From the NCBI GenBank assembly GCA_009694415.1, contig SHUZ01000001.1:1-52426 (forward strand): 52,426 nt of DNA. The letters run 5' to 3'. Position 1 is the first letter of the stretch; the number at the start of each line of letters is the position of its first letter. The notes under the pieces were generated by a model, which did no database searches, was not told the origin of the DNA, and saw only the letters and a program-made list of their open reading frames with translations. Made by a program: the position numbers and the translations under genes. This document shows, piece by piece, positions 44,544 through 52,426 of this stretch. The stretch is from Acidimicrobiia bacterium (lineage in GTDB: Bacteria; Actinomycetota; Acidimicrobiia; IMCC26256; JAENVU01).

Positions 44544-45449
44544 ATGGGGATATGTGATGCACGGGTTGTGATCGTCACGGGTGCCGGACGCGGGATCGGC
44601 CGTGAGCACGCACTCGCGTTGGCACGTGACGGGGCGTTGGTTGTTGTGAACGACCTCGGCGCGGAGTTGGATGGGTCCGGCGGTTCATCTGGTCCGGCGG
44701 GCGAAGTGGTTGCGGAGATTCGGGCTGGCGGGGGTGAGGCCGTCGCTAACGGTGACGACGTCGCGGACTGGGATGGCGCGCAACGGCTGATTCAAACTGC
44801 GATCGATTCCTTCGGAAGACTTGACGTGTTGGTGAACAACGCTGGATTTTTGCGCGACCGGATGATCGTGTCTACAACTGAAGAGGAATGGGACGCGGTC
44901 ATTCGAGTGCACCTCAAGGGGCACTTCGCGCCGACGCGTTTTGCTGCGGCGTACTGGCGTGAACAGCAGAAGGCCGGCGAAACGGTGGATGGACGCGTGA
45001 TCAACACATCTTCTGGCGCCGGTTTGGTGGGAAGCGTTGGACAGGGAACCTACAGCGCAGCGAAGGCAGGAATCGCCGCGCTAACGATGGTGGAAGCGGC
45101 AGAACTTGGTCGGTACGGAGTTACGGCAAATGCGATTGCGCCCGCAGCGCGCACGCGCATGACAGAGGCAGTGTTCGCTGACACGATGGCCGAGCCTGTC
45201 GACGGAGCATTCGATGCGATGTCCCCAGCAAATGTTTCGCCGCTAGTGGTGTGGCTGGCGAGCGCGGAATCGAAGGATGTAACGGGGCGGGTGTTCGAAG
45301 TTGAAGGGGGCCTTGTGTCGGTGGCCGATGGTTGGCAACATGGCCCGAGTGCAGACAAGGGCGCTAAGTGGGAACCGTCGGAATTGGGGGAGGTAGTGCG
45401 CGAGTTGTTGGCGACTGCGCCCAAGCCGACACCGGTCTACGGCGCATGA
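44544..45449 (+). CDS. SDR-family oxidoreductase (Hsd4A / MFE-2 dehydrogenase-like)
   Basis: 301 aa. Motifs: VTGAGRGIGRE, NNAG, YSAAKAG. The long C-terminal extension is typical of the 3-hydroxyacyl-CoA dehydrogenase type of SDR. Confidence 0.85.
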   Translation: MGICDARVVIVTGAGRGIGREHALALARDGALVVVNDLGAELDGSGGSSGPAGEVVAEIRAGGGEAVANGDDVADWDGAQRLIQTAIDSFGRLDVLVNNAGFLRDRMIVSTTEEEWDAVIRVHLKGHFAPTRFAAAYWREQQKAGETVDGRVINTSSGAGLVGSVGQGTYSAAKAGIAALTMVEAAELGRYGVTANAIAPAARTRMTEAVFADTMAEPVDGAFDAMSPANVSPLVVWLASAESKDVTGRVFEVEGGLVSVADGWQHGPSADKGAKWEPSELGEVVRELLATAPKPTPVYGA

Positions 45450-46921
45450 CGCAAGACGGTTTGGCTGACAACGTCGTAATTGAGTACGGGGTTGCTTTTC
45501 ATGCGACGGCGCGGCCCGAAAAAGTTGCGATTGTGTTTGGCGATCGACGTATCACATATGGCGAACTCGATCACGAGATCAACCGCGCAGCTCGCTTCCT
45601 TGCAGACAAAAAAGTTGGTCCTGGTTGCAGGCTTGGGATTGCATTGCGCAACCGTCCCGAATGGATAATCGCGGCGTTTGCCGCGGCGCGCCTCGGTGCG
45701 CAGGTCGTGCCTATTCCTTACGGCACCACGCCCGACGAATTGGATTACTTCTGCACCGATGGCGAGGTTGAGTACTTGCTAAATGAAGCGGGTCTCGATT
45801 CGTTTATTGCAGAAGCCTCGACTCGCTCTGGTGATGCATTGCCAGAAGCCGCACCCGACTACATCGCGCTGCGCGCGTATACGAGCGGGACTACTGGCGT
45901 TCCAAAGGCCGTCTTGCGGCCAGAGGTTGCACCGCATCTCTCGATCCAGGGTCTAGTTGGCTACTACACCGCATATGGGCTCGATGGTCCCGATGAAGTC
46001 AACGTGACCGGGTCGCCGATGTATCACATTGCAGGTTTTAGCGGGCCGCACACTGCGCTGTTGTTGGGGCACACAACAGTGATCCTGGACCACTTCGATG
46101 CAGGGGAGTGGCTGCAAGCTATCGAGACCGAGCGAGTTACCTACGCGATTACAGCACCCGTGCATCTCTATCGCGTAATGCAACTCTCCGATGACGTGCG
46201 TGCCGCGGCTGACGTCTCGAGCATCAAGCGCATCATGCATGGGTCCGCGCCGTGTGCCCCGAGTCTCAAGCGACAAGTGATCGATTTTTTCCCCGTCGGC
46301 GCGGTATGGGAGGCCTACGGTGGAACGGAGACCATGGGAACGATCATCAGCTCGGAAGAATGGCTCACGCACCCCGGTAGTGTCGGTCGTCCGGCGCCCG
46401 GGTCGGCAATCGCGATCATGGATGATGAGGGGAACGAGTTGCCGACAGGTGATGTTGGTCTCGTTTACATCGGCTCGGAGTGGGGGCTGGGGTTCCGCTA
46501 CGCCGGTCCAGCGGAACATACCGAGGCTGTCTACCGCGGGGATCTCGCGACTCTCGGTGATCTCGGATACGTAAACGATGACGGCTATTTGTTCATCGTG
46601 GACCGCCGCAAAGACATGGTGATCACCGGCGGAGCGAATGTTTATCCAGCGGAAGTTGAAGCGGTTCTCGTCGAGCATCCCAATATCGATGAAGTCGCGG
46701 TGATCGGTATGCCCGACGACGAGTACGGCGAGATTGTTACGGCGGTAGTAGTCGCACACGGCGAGTTGAATAGTGAAGAAGTGATCGCATTCGCGCGTGA
46801 GCATCTTGTTGCGTACAAGAGTCCGCGGCGTGTCGAGTTTGTCGATGTGCTGCCCCGCGATCAGATGGGGAAGGTACTCAAGCGCGTCCTGCGTGAACTC
46901 GGCACGTTCGAGGCCCTATAA
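45446..46921 (+). CDS. Acyl-CoA synthetase (AMP-forming)
   Basis: ATG 45446 forms an ATGA overlap with the SDR stop. Motifs: YTSGTTGVPKA, GDLGYVNDDG. The last 6 codons and the TAA stop lie in repeat copy D. Confidence 0.9.
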   Translation: MTQDGLADNVVIEYGVAFHATARPEKVAIVFGDRRITYGELDHEINRAARFLADKKVGPGCRLGIALRNRPEWIIAAFAAARLGAQVVPIPYGTTPDELDYFCTDGEVEYLLNEAGLDSFIAEASTRSGDALPEAAPDYIALRAYTSGTTGVPKAVLRPEVAPHLSIQGLVGYYTAYGLDGPDEVNVTGSPMYHIAGFSGPHTALLLGHTTVILDHFDAGEWLQAIETERVTYAITAPVHLYRVMQLSDDVRAAADVSSIKRIMHGSAPCAPSLKRQVIDFFPVGAVWEAYGGTETMGTIISSEEWLTHPGSVGRPAPGSAIAIMDDEGNELPTGDVGLVYIGSEWGLGFRYAGPAEHTEAVYRGDLATLGDLGYVNDDGYLFIVDRRKDMVITGGANVYPAEVEAVLVEHPNIDEVAVIGMPDDEYGEIVTAVVVAHGELNSEEVIAFAREHLVAYKSPRRVEFVDVLPRDQMGKVLKRVLRELGTFEAL

Positions 46922-46953
46922 GGGCCCGAAACGTGCCGAGATCGCCCTGGGGG
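46898..46953. repeat. Palindromic intergenic element, copy D (outer left arm missing)
   Basis: CTCGGCACGTTCGAGGCCCTATAAGGGCCCGAAACGTGCCGAGATCGCCCTggggg. It overlaps the 3' end of the synthetase CDS. Confidence 0.9.
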
Positions 46954-46994
46954 TGGGTCGGGATGGGGGTGCGTCGGGGTGGTTCGGTGTCTGG

Positions 46995-48206
46995 TTAGGT
47001 GAGCCGTTCCACGATCATTGCCATTCCTTGGCCTCCTCCTACGCACATTGACTCGAGTCCGTAGCGGCCTCCTACATCCTCCAACCCGTTCAAAAGCGTT
47101 GTCATGATGCGCGCTCCGGTCATGCCGAATGGGTGACCAAGCGCGAGGCCACCGCCGTTTACGTTGAGCTTCTCCCACGGAATACCGAGGTGCTTCGCCG
47201 ACGGGATGACCTGCGCGGCGAACGCCTCGTTGATCTCGACGAGGTCGATGTCGTCGATCGTTAGACCAGCACGTCGCAATGCTTGACGGCACGCCTCTAT
47301 CGGACCGAGTCCCATGATCTCTGGGTCGAGTGCTGAAACACCCGTCGAGACGATCCGTGCGAGCGGCTTGATCCCGAGCGCCTCGGCGCGCACATCGCTC
47401 ATCACGACGACCGCCGCAGCGCCGTCATTTAGCGGGCATGCGTTACCGGCGGTAACCGAACCATCGGGACGGAAGACCGGCTTCAACTGCGCGAGCTTCT
47501 CTGCGGTTGTGTCTGGGCGTGGACCGTCATCTTTACTAATGACGGTGCCGTCTTCGAGGGTGACCGGCGTGATCTCGCGTTCGAAGAAGCCATTCTCTTG
47601 CGACCGCACTGCGCGGTTCTGTGACAACGCCGCAAACTCGTCCATCTCCTCGCGCGTCACTCCCTCCAGGGTCGCGACGTTCTCAGCGGTTTGACCCATC
47701 GAGATGTAGATGTCGGGGAGTCCGTCTAGCGGTGCCCACACATCAACACCGGCCTGCTCACGGGATTTGCTGCGCGACCGGGCATCGGAGAACCGTGAGT
47801 TGGTTGTGCCAGGACCGCCATCTGCGCGGCCTTTGTCGAACCGGCTCACACATTCCACGCCCGCTGCAACGAACACGTCGCCTTCGCCGGCCTTGATCGC
47901 GTGGGCGGCCATCCGAATCGTCTGCAAGGAAGACGCGCAGTACCGGTTGACGGTTGTTCCCGGTGCCGTGCCAAGGCCCGACAGCAGTGCCACGACACGC
48001 GCAAGGTTGTAACCCTGTTCACCAGCCGGTTGCGCGCATCCGGTGATTACGTCTTCGACCTCGGACGGATCGAGAGAAGGCACCTTTGCCATAGCGGCCG
48101 CGATGATCGTTGCGGCAAGGTCGTCCGGTCGCACATCGACAAGTGACCCCTTGTTCGCGCGGCCAATCGGGCTGCGAGCGGTGGAAACGATTACGGCTTC
48201 AGGCAC
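46995..48206 (-). CDS. Acetyl-CoA C-acyltransferase (thiolase, FadA-type)
   Basis: GTG 48206 lies 5 nt after GAGGAG ((M)PEAVIVSTARSPIG); the ORF track extends to 48248. Motifs: NRYCASSLQ and CVGGGQG. Confidence 0.9.
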   Translation of the reverse strand: MPEAVIVSTARSPIGRANKGSLVDVRPDDLAATIIAAAMAKVPSLDPSEVEDVITGCAQPAGEQGYNLARVVALLSGLGTAPGTTVNRYCASSLQTIRMAAHAIKAGEGDVFVAAGVECVSRFDKGRADGGPGTTNSRFSDARSRSKSREQAGVDVWAPLDGLPDIYISMGQTAENVATLEGVTREEMDEFAALSQNRAVRSQENGFFEREITPVTLEDGTVISKDDGPRPDTTAEKLAQLKPVFRPDGSVTAGNACPLNDGAAAVVVMSDVRAEALGIKPLARIVSTGVSALDPEIMGLGPIEACRQALRRAGLTIDDIDLVEINEAFAAQVIPSAKHLGIPWEKLNVNGGGLALGHPFGMTGARIMTTLLNGLEDVGGRYGLESMCVGGGQGMAMIVERLT

Positions 48207-48272
48207 TAGAACTCCTCGGTTGGTTTTGTGCTGTGGCGTGGCGTGCACGCCTAGATCGAAATTAGAGGTCAG

Positions 48273-48653
48273 TTACTTAGAAGACAGTTCCGCGATGCCG
48301 TTCATGAGCGTTCCCATGTCGAAGTAATCGCGCCAGAGCGAAATGCGTCCGTCGCGAAGTTCGAAGAATCCAGCTACGGGCAGGTCGATCCAATGTCCGT
48401 CCTTGCCGAACCGGTCGGTTCGTTCGTTCATTACAACATTGCCCACCGTGCACTGCCGGTGCACGACCCACTCGACGTTGTCGATTGTTCCGGATAGTTG
48501 GTCGAGCACGCTCTTGATTCCATCGGGGCCATAGACCTTGCCCATGGGAACGTTGTCATACTCAACGTCGTCGGTCACTAGTTCGCAAGCGCCATTCAGA
48601 TCGGCGCGTTCGATGCGGGCGATGAACTCGTTGACGACTTCTTCTGGAGTCAT
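48273..48653 (-). CDS. Limonene-1,2-epoxide hydrolase / SnoaL-like NTF2-fold protein
   Basis: ATG 48653 (MTPEEVVNEFIARIE). The C-terminal motif GRISLWRDYFD is shared with the LEH family (EphG-like). Confidence 0.7.
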   Translation of the reverse strand: MTPEEVVNEFIARIERADLNGACELVTDDVEYDNVPMGKVYGPDGIKSVLDQLSGTIDNVEWVVHRQCTVGNVVMNERTDRFGKDGHWIDLPVAGFFELRDGRISLWRDYFDMGTLMNGIAELSSK

Positions 48654-48799
48654 TTGGGCGTTGCCTCCTCGGCATTGTGTGTGGGCAGCATCGCGCGATC
48701 GTCTACAGGGCCACGCAACGCGCAGAACGCGCTGGTTATGAGCCCAAAAAGGGTGGTCCATGCATTGTCGGGGCGTCGTCGCCTGTAGATTCAGCGCCG

Positions 48800-49813
48800 A
48801 TGACTGGCGGAGTAGTCGCTGAAGGCCTTTCCAAGCGGTTCGATGACTTCGACGCGCTTATCGGTGTGGACTTCGCCGTCCCAGAGGGTGCGCTAGTCGC
48901 GTTGCTGGGGCCCAATGGCGCTGGCAAGACGACAACGATTCGGATTCTCACAACCTTGTTGCGAGCGGATGCCGGACACGCGACGGTTGCGGGATATGAC
49001 GTTGCCACACAGCCCCAACTGGTGCGCGGTGCAATCGGCGTAACCGGTCAGTACGCGGCGGTCGATGAAGACCTGTCAGGTAGAGAGAACCTGGTGCTTG
49101 TTGGCAGGTTGTGTCGAATGAAGAAGAAAGCCGCGCAGGAGCGCGCAGCCGCGTTGCTGGAAGTTTTCGAACTAACCGACGCCGCAGATCGTAGATTGCG
49201 TACGTACTCGGGCGGTATGCGTCGACGCCTAGACCTCGGGGGCAGCTTGATGTTCGCTCCAGAGGTGCTGTTCCTCGACGAGCCGACTACAGGCCTTGAT
49301 CCGCGGAGTCGCCTCGATCTTTGGGATGTCATTGTCGATCTGAAGGAGGCGGGCACAACAATTGTGCTCACCACGCAGTACCTCGAAGAAGCGGACCAAC
49401 TCGCCGACACGATCAGCGTGATCGACAACGGTCGCATCATTGAAGAGGGAACTGCCGACCAACTAAAGGATCGTATTGGCGGTGACGTTATTGACCTTCG
49501 AGTGCATGACCGAAGCCAATTGGATGAAGCGGCGGCATCGCTCATGCGCGAGTTCGAAGTGGCCGAAGCAGATGTTGCCGTTAATCGGGATCTCGGTTCG
49601 GTCGTGGTTCCCGTCGGAGGTGATGGCGGCGGCAGCGCTTCGCTAGTTACGGCGATTCGAACACTCGACGCCGCTGGTATCCGTATTGACGATCTAAGCC
49701 TGCGGCGCCCCTCGCTCGACGATGTATTTCTGCACCTGACGGGACACGCCGCAGAGACGCGGGTCGGTGCCAAGAAACGAAGAGGTCGCATGCCTGCGAG
49801 TGGCGTGCGATGA
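48800..49813 (+). CDS. ABC exporter ATPase (DrrA-like)
   Basis: ATG 48800. Walker A GPNGAGKTT, signature YSGGMRRRLDL, Walker B VLFLDEPT. Confidence 0.9.
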   Translation: MTGGVVAEGLSKRFDDFDALIGVDFAVPEGALVALLGPNGAGKTTTIRILTTLLRADAGHATVAGYDVATQPQLVRGAIGVTGQYAAVDEDLSGRENLVLVGRLCRMKKKAAQERAAALLEVFELTDAADRRLRTYSGGMRRRLDLGGSLMFAPEVLFLDEPTTGLDPRSRLDLWDVIVDLKEAGTTIVLTTQYLEEADQLADTISVIDNGRIIEEGTADQLKDRIGGDVIDLRVHDRSQLDEAAASLMREFEVAEADVAVNRDLGSVVVPVGGDGGGSASLVTAIRTLDAAGIRIDDLSLRRPSLDDVFLHLTGHAAETRVGAKKRRGRMPASGVR

Positions 49814-49814
49814 C

Positions 49815-50654
49815 ATGACCCCTATTGCACCTGCACGAATAGGCACGCCCGAAGAACGCGCAGCGTTACCACCCTTCCGTGTGCTTGCCGATATCGGCCT
49901 CCTTGCGCAACGCAACTTGCGCAAGGCCATCCGCATGCCCATGTTCATTGTGTTCTCCACAATTCAGCCGTTCATGCAGCTGGTGCTATTCGTTTTTGTA
50001 TTTGGCGCGGTTGCAGAGGTCGGAGGCATTAGTTATGAGCAATATGTAGTTCCAGCCGTGTTGATTCAAACAATGACGTTCGCCTGCATGGGCACGGGCG
50101 TTGGTATTGCGCGTGACTTGGATACAGGAATGATCGATCGCTTCCGTTCGTTACCGATCGCGCGGTCGGCGTTCTTGGTTGGCCGCACATTTAGTGACAG
50201 TTTGCGGCTTGGCATCCAGGCGATCTTGCTGGTCATCGCATCCATGGTGATGGGTTTTCGCTTTACCACGGGATTAGGACCAGCACTTGCGATGGTTGCG
50301 ATCGTGGTGCTTTTCGGTTTGGCCCTCACAACGTTTTCGGCGTGGATGGGGTTGACGCTGCGCGACCCGGAGACAGTGCAGGCGGCGATGTTTATTCCGA
50401 TGCTGCCGCTGGTGTTTACGAGTTCTGCATTCGCACCGATTTCGGAACTCCCGGCGTGGATGCAACCGTTCGCACGCTGGAGCCCGGTGACGGCCGCGAT
50501 CGACACGGCGCGGGGCCTCGCACTCGGCGACGATATTCTTTATGAAGTGAATCAGATACACCTAAGTCAAGCATTCCTGCATTTCGCGATTTGGTGGCTG
50601 GTGATCGTCGTCGTTTTCACCGCGCTGGCGGTTCGCAAGTATCGCCTCGGTTAG
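49815..50654 (+). CDS. ABC-2 type exporter permease (DrrB-like)
   Basis: ATG 49815 lies 1 nt after the ATPase stop. Six-TM ABC-2 profile. Confidence 0.85.
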   Translation: MTPIAPARIGTPEERAALPPFRVLADIGLLAQRNLRKAIRMPMFIVFSTIQPFMQLVLFVFVFGAVAEVGGISYEQYVVPAVLIQTMTFACMGTGVGIARDLDTGMIDRFRSLPIARSAFLVGRTFSDSLRLGIQAILLVIASMVMGFRFTTGLGPALAMVAIVVLFGLALTTFSAWMGLTLRDPETVQAAMFIPMLPLVFTSSAFAPISELPAWMQPFARWSPVTAAIDTARGLALGDDILYEVNQIHLSQAFLHFAIWWLVIVVVFTALAVRKYRLG

Positions 50655-50676
50655 TAACCCACGCCGGGTACGTCGC

Positions 50677-52092
50677 TCAGGAGAACTTCTTCATTGCGCG
50701 AAGCAGTAGGGGATCCATCGCGCCGTTGAGTTTGCCTGCGTCCATCGATGCGTCTTGGCGAAGCAGGGAACGGCGGGTGAGTTCAGCGGTGATCCAACGC
50801 AGAGGTTCAGGCGGAAATGCTGCTTCGCGCGAGTCAACAAAGCAGAGCTCGGTGAGTTCGCTTGTTTTCCCGAGCACCTTGTCGCGCAGGATCTTGCCGC
50901 CGGTGTGACTCGGTGCGACGCCGTGTCCGTTGTAGCCAAGGCCGTAGTGCAAGCGACCTTCGAGCAGCGTTCCAAACATCGGCATGAATGACGCGGTTAT
51001 TGCAACGGGTCCTCCCCACGTGTGTGAGAAGCGAACGTTGTCGAGTTGAGGGAAGGTGTGACGGAACGTTTTGTCGAGGCGCTTGAAGACTGTTTCACCG
51101 CGGTCGTAGCGCGCTTTGATCTTGCCGCCTGGGTAGATGATGCCGTCGCTACCACCCCACAAGATGCGCCCGTCATCAGTGCGGCGGTAGTAGTGCACGA
51201 AGTTACGTTTGTCTTCGACTCCCTGTCGTTGTTGCCAGCCGATTGTTTCCCACTGCTCCTCGGAGAGTGGTTCGGTGAGTGCGATGTAGGTGTAGAGCGG
51301 TACAACCTTTGATTTGAACCATGGAGTGGTGGATGCCCAGGCGTTGGTGGCGAGTACTACTTGTTCGGCACTGACCATTCCGCCGTGAGTTGCGATGTGC
51401 AGGCGGCCGCCGTGTTCGGAGATGCTGCTCATCGGTGTGTGTTCGTAGATGGTCGCGCCGAGTTCCTCAACAACTGCTGCGAGCCCGTTTGCAAGTTTGG
51501 CTGGGTGCACTACAGCGCAATGTTCTTCGGCGAGAGCGCCGAGGTAGGTGGGGGAGTCGAGTTGGGCGCGGGTTTCTGATCCGGAAAGCAGTTCGAATCC
51601 AGCGAGATCAAGTGCTTCCGAGGTCCGGTAATCGCTCTCTACACGTTGCATCTGCGCGCGGTTAGTGCCGACTACGAGAAGGCCACCGCGTACCCATTCG
51701 CATTCGATGTTGTGCGACGCAATCGTTGCGCCCATCTCATCGATGGAGTCGGCTACCGCAAGGTGTGCTGAGCGCGCACCGCTGTCGCCGTGATTGCGAC
51801 GCAAGTGGGTGAGGCTCATGTCGAGAAGTGTCATTGCGAAGCCGCCGTTACGTCCGCTCGCCCCGAAACCGACTTCTTCGCCTTCGAGAAGTGCAACGCG
51901 CAAACCGGGTTGCGCGTTGAGAAGTTGGTAGGCGGTCCACAGTCCCGTAAATCCGGCGCCGACTATTGCGACGTCTACCTCGATCGCATGCGCGAGCGAG
52001 GGTCGAGGATTGTGTTTAGACGTTTCTAGCCAATAGACCGATGAACCGATGTTACGCACGATGAGCCTTTCGAAGAACTGCGGGCACGCCAT
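50677..52092 (-). CDS. FAD-dependent oxidoreductase (DAO family, gamma-glutamylputrescine/amine oxidoreductase-like)
   Basis: Dinucleotide motif DVAIVGAGFTGL. The start is uncertain: ATG 52092 is chosen, while the ORF track extends to 52155. Confidence 0.75.
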   Translation of the reverse strand: MACPQFFERLIVRNIGSSVYWLETSKHNPRPSLAHAIEVDVAIVGAGFTGLWTAYQLLNAQPGLRVALLEGEEVGFGASGRNGGFAMTLLDMSLTHLRRNHGDSGARSAHLAVADSIDEMGATIASHNIECEWVRGGLLVVGTNRAQMQRVESDYRTSEALDLAGFELLSGSETRAQLDSPTYLGALAEEHCAVVHPAKLANGLAAVVEELGATIYEHTPMSSISEHGGRLHIATHGGMVSAEQVVLATNAWASTTPWFKSKVVPLYTYIALTEPLSEEQWETIGWQQRQGVEDKRNFVHYYRRTDDGRILWGGSDGIIYPGGKIKARYDRGETVFKRLDKTFRHTFPQLDNVRFSHTWGGPVAITASFMPMFGTLLEGRLHYGLGYNGHGVAPSHTGGKILRDKVLGKTSELTELCFVDSREAAFPPEPLRWITAELTRRSLLRQDASMDAGKLNGAMDPLLLRAMKKFS

Positions 52093-52145
52093 TCTGTCGG
52101 CACTGGTCAGAGGTTGCCAACGGGAAGAGGCCAAGCCCTCCGAAC

Positions 52146-52426
52146 ATCCATTCATTCAAGGTTGTCGCACGCGACTGGGAATCAACGTTGGCCTTTTACC
52201 GACTACTCGGGCTTGATGTCCCAGATGCACCCGGAGCGTACCCGCCTGGAAGCGATGGCCTGCACACCGATAGTGGAGAGGTGGAGTTTGACAACGAATC
52301 GATGGCGCGTGTGTGGCACGAGGCGTGGCGAAGTGGAGAGCAACCGAACCGAGTTGTGGTTACGTATGCGTTCGAGTCGCGCGACGCCGTAGATGAGACG
52401 TACGAACTGTTGACCGCCGCGGGCTC
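52146..52426 (+). CDS. VOC/glyoxalase-like protein, partial (runs off the right edge); start unresolved
   Basis: Not in the ORF track. My frame-0 translation is ..IHSFKVVARDWESTLAFYRLLGLDVPDAP..VVVTYAFESRDAVDETYELLTAAG, which looks VOC-like. The first canonical start in frame is TTG 52188, which would remove the first beta-strand. Confidence 0.4.
   Translation, partial: MHSFKVVARDWESTLAFYRLLGLDVPDAPGAYPPGSDGLHTDSGEVEFDNESMARVWHEAWRSGEQPNRVVVTYAFESRDAVDETYELLTAAG

Noticed and set aside
48240-48251. The 12-bp perfect palindrome GGCGTGCACGCC between the LEH-like stop and the thiolase start, and the 10-bp palindrome CCTATATAGG at 10084-10093 upstream of the HdeD-like gene.
   Set aside because: Short palindromes of this size occur by chance in GC-rich DNA. 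There is no second copy or phasing in the window to support an operator call. I record them only for a genome-wide motif scan.

Overview
This 52.4-kb window is a gene-dense chromosomal segment that reads like a mid/high-G+C actinobacterium. Hand-counted stretches are about 57-65% G+C, GTG/TTG starts are frequent, and many genes have ATGA/GTGA stop-start overlaps. I can support about 55 protein genes. I see no rRNA, tRNA, CRISPR, transposase, integrase or phage genes.

Content, left to right:
(i) A mixed set: crotonase, MFS transporter, secreted SNase-Excalibur nuclease, desaturase, P450, F420/LLM oxidoreductase, an uncharacterised membrane operon ending in an RDD protein, HdeD, and a UbiA prenyltransferase.
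(ii) A two-component-system-ribB operon divergent from msrB, a DEAD-box helicase fused to a cold-shock domain, and a class-III aminotransferase.
(iii) A TPP-riboswitch-controlled thiamine salvage operon (thiamine pyrophosphokinase plus a ThiBPQ-type importer).
(iv) The right half is lipid/steroid-type catabolism. It holds an echA20-ipdA-ipdB-ipdC-like module (steroid ring C/D, HIP pathway) extended by a DUF35/Ltp thiolase pair, acyl-CoA synthetases, an alpha/beta FadE pair, thiolases and SDRs. A copper amine oxidase, an LEH-like protein and a DrrAB-type exporter are also here.

Most unusual observations:
(1) The fatty-acid-CoA ligase gene at 11827-13140 has lost its catalytic core. The core is replaced by compositionally foreign DNA (about 70% G+C, about 88% GC3) carrying one orphan 242-aa ORF. 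That ORF is GTGA-coupled to the ligase stump, and no mobility genes are visible.
(2) Four copies of a ~65-bp near-perfect palindromic REP/MITE-like element sit just after stop codons, in both orientations, twice inside operons.
(3) Helically phased direct repeats lie in the TCS/msrB control region.
(4) An uncharacterised, translationally coupled 3-gene membrane operon includes a 9-residue-repeat protein carrying a perfect 54-bp tandem duplication.

No searches could be run. All family calls come from motif recognition and remembered synteny.
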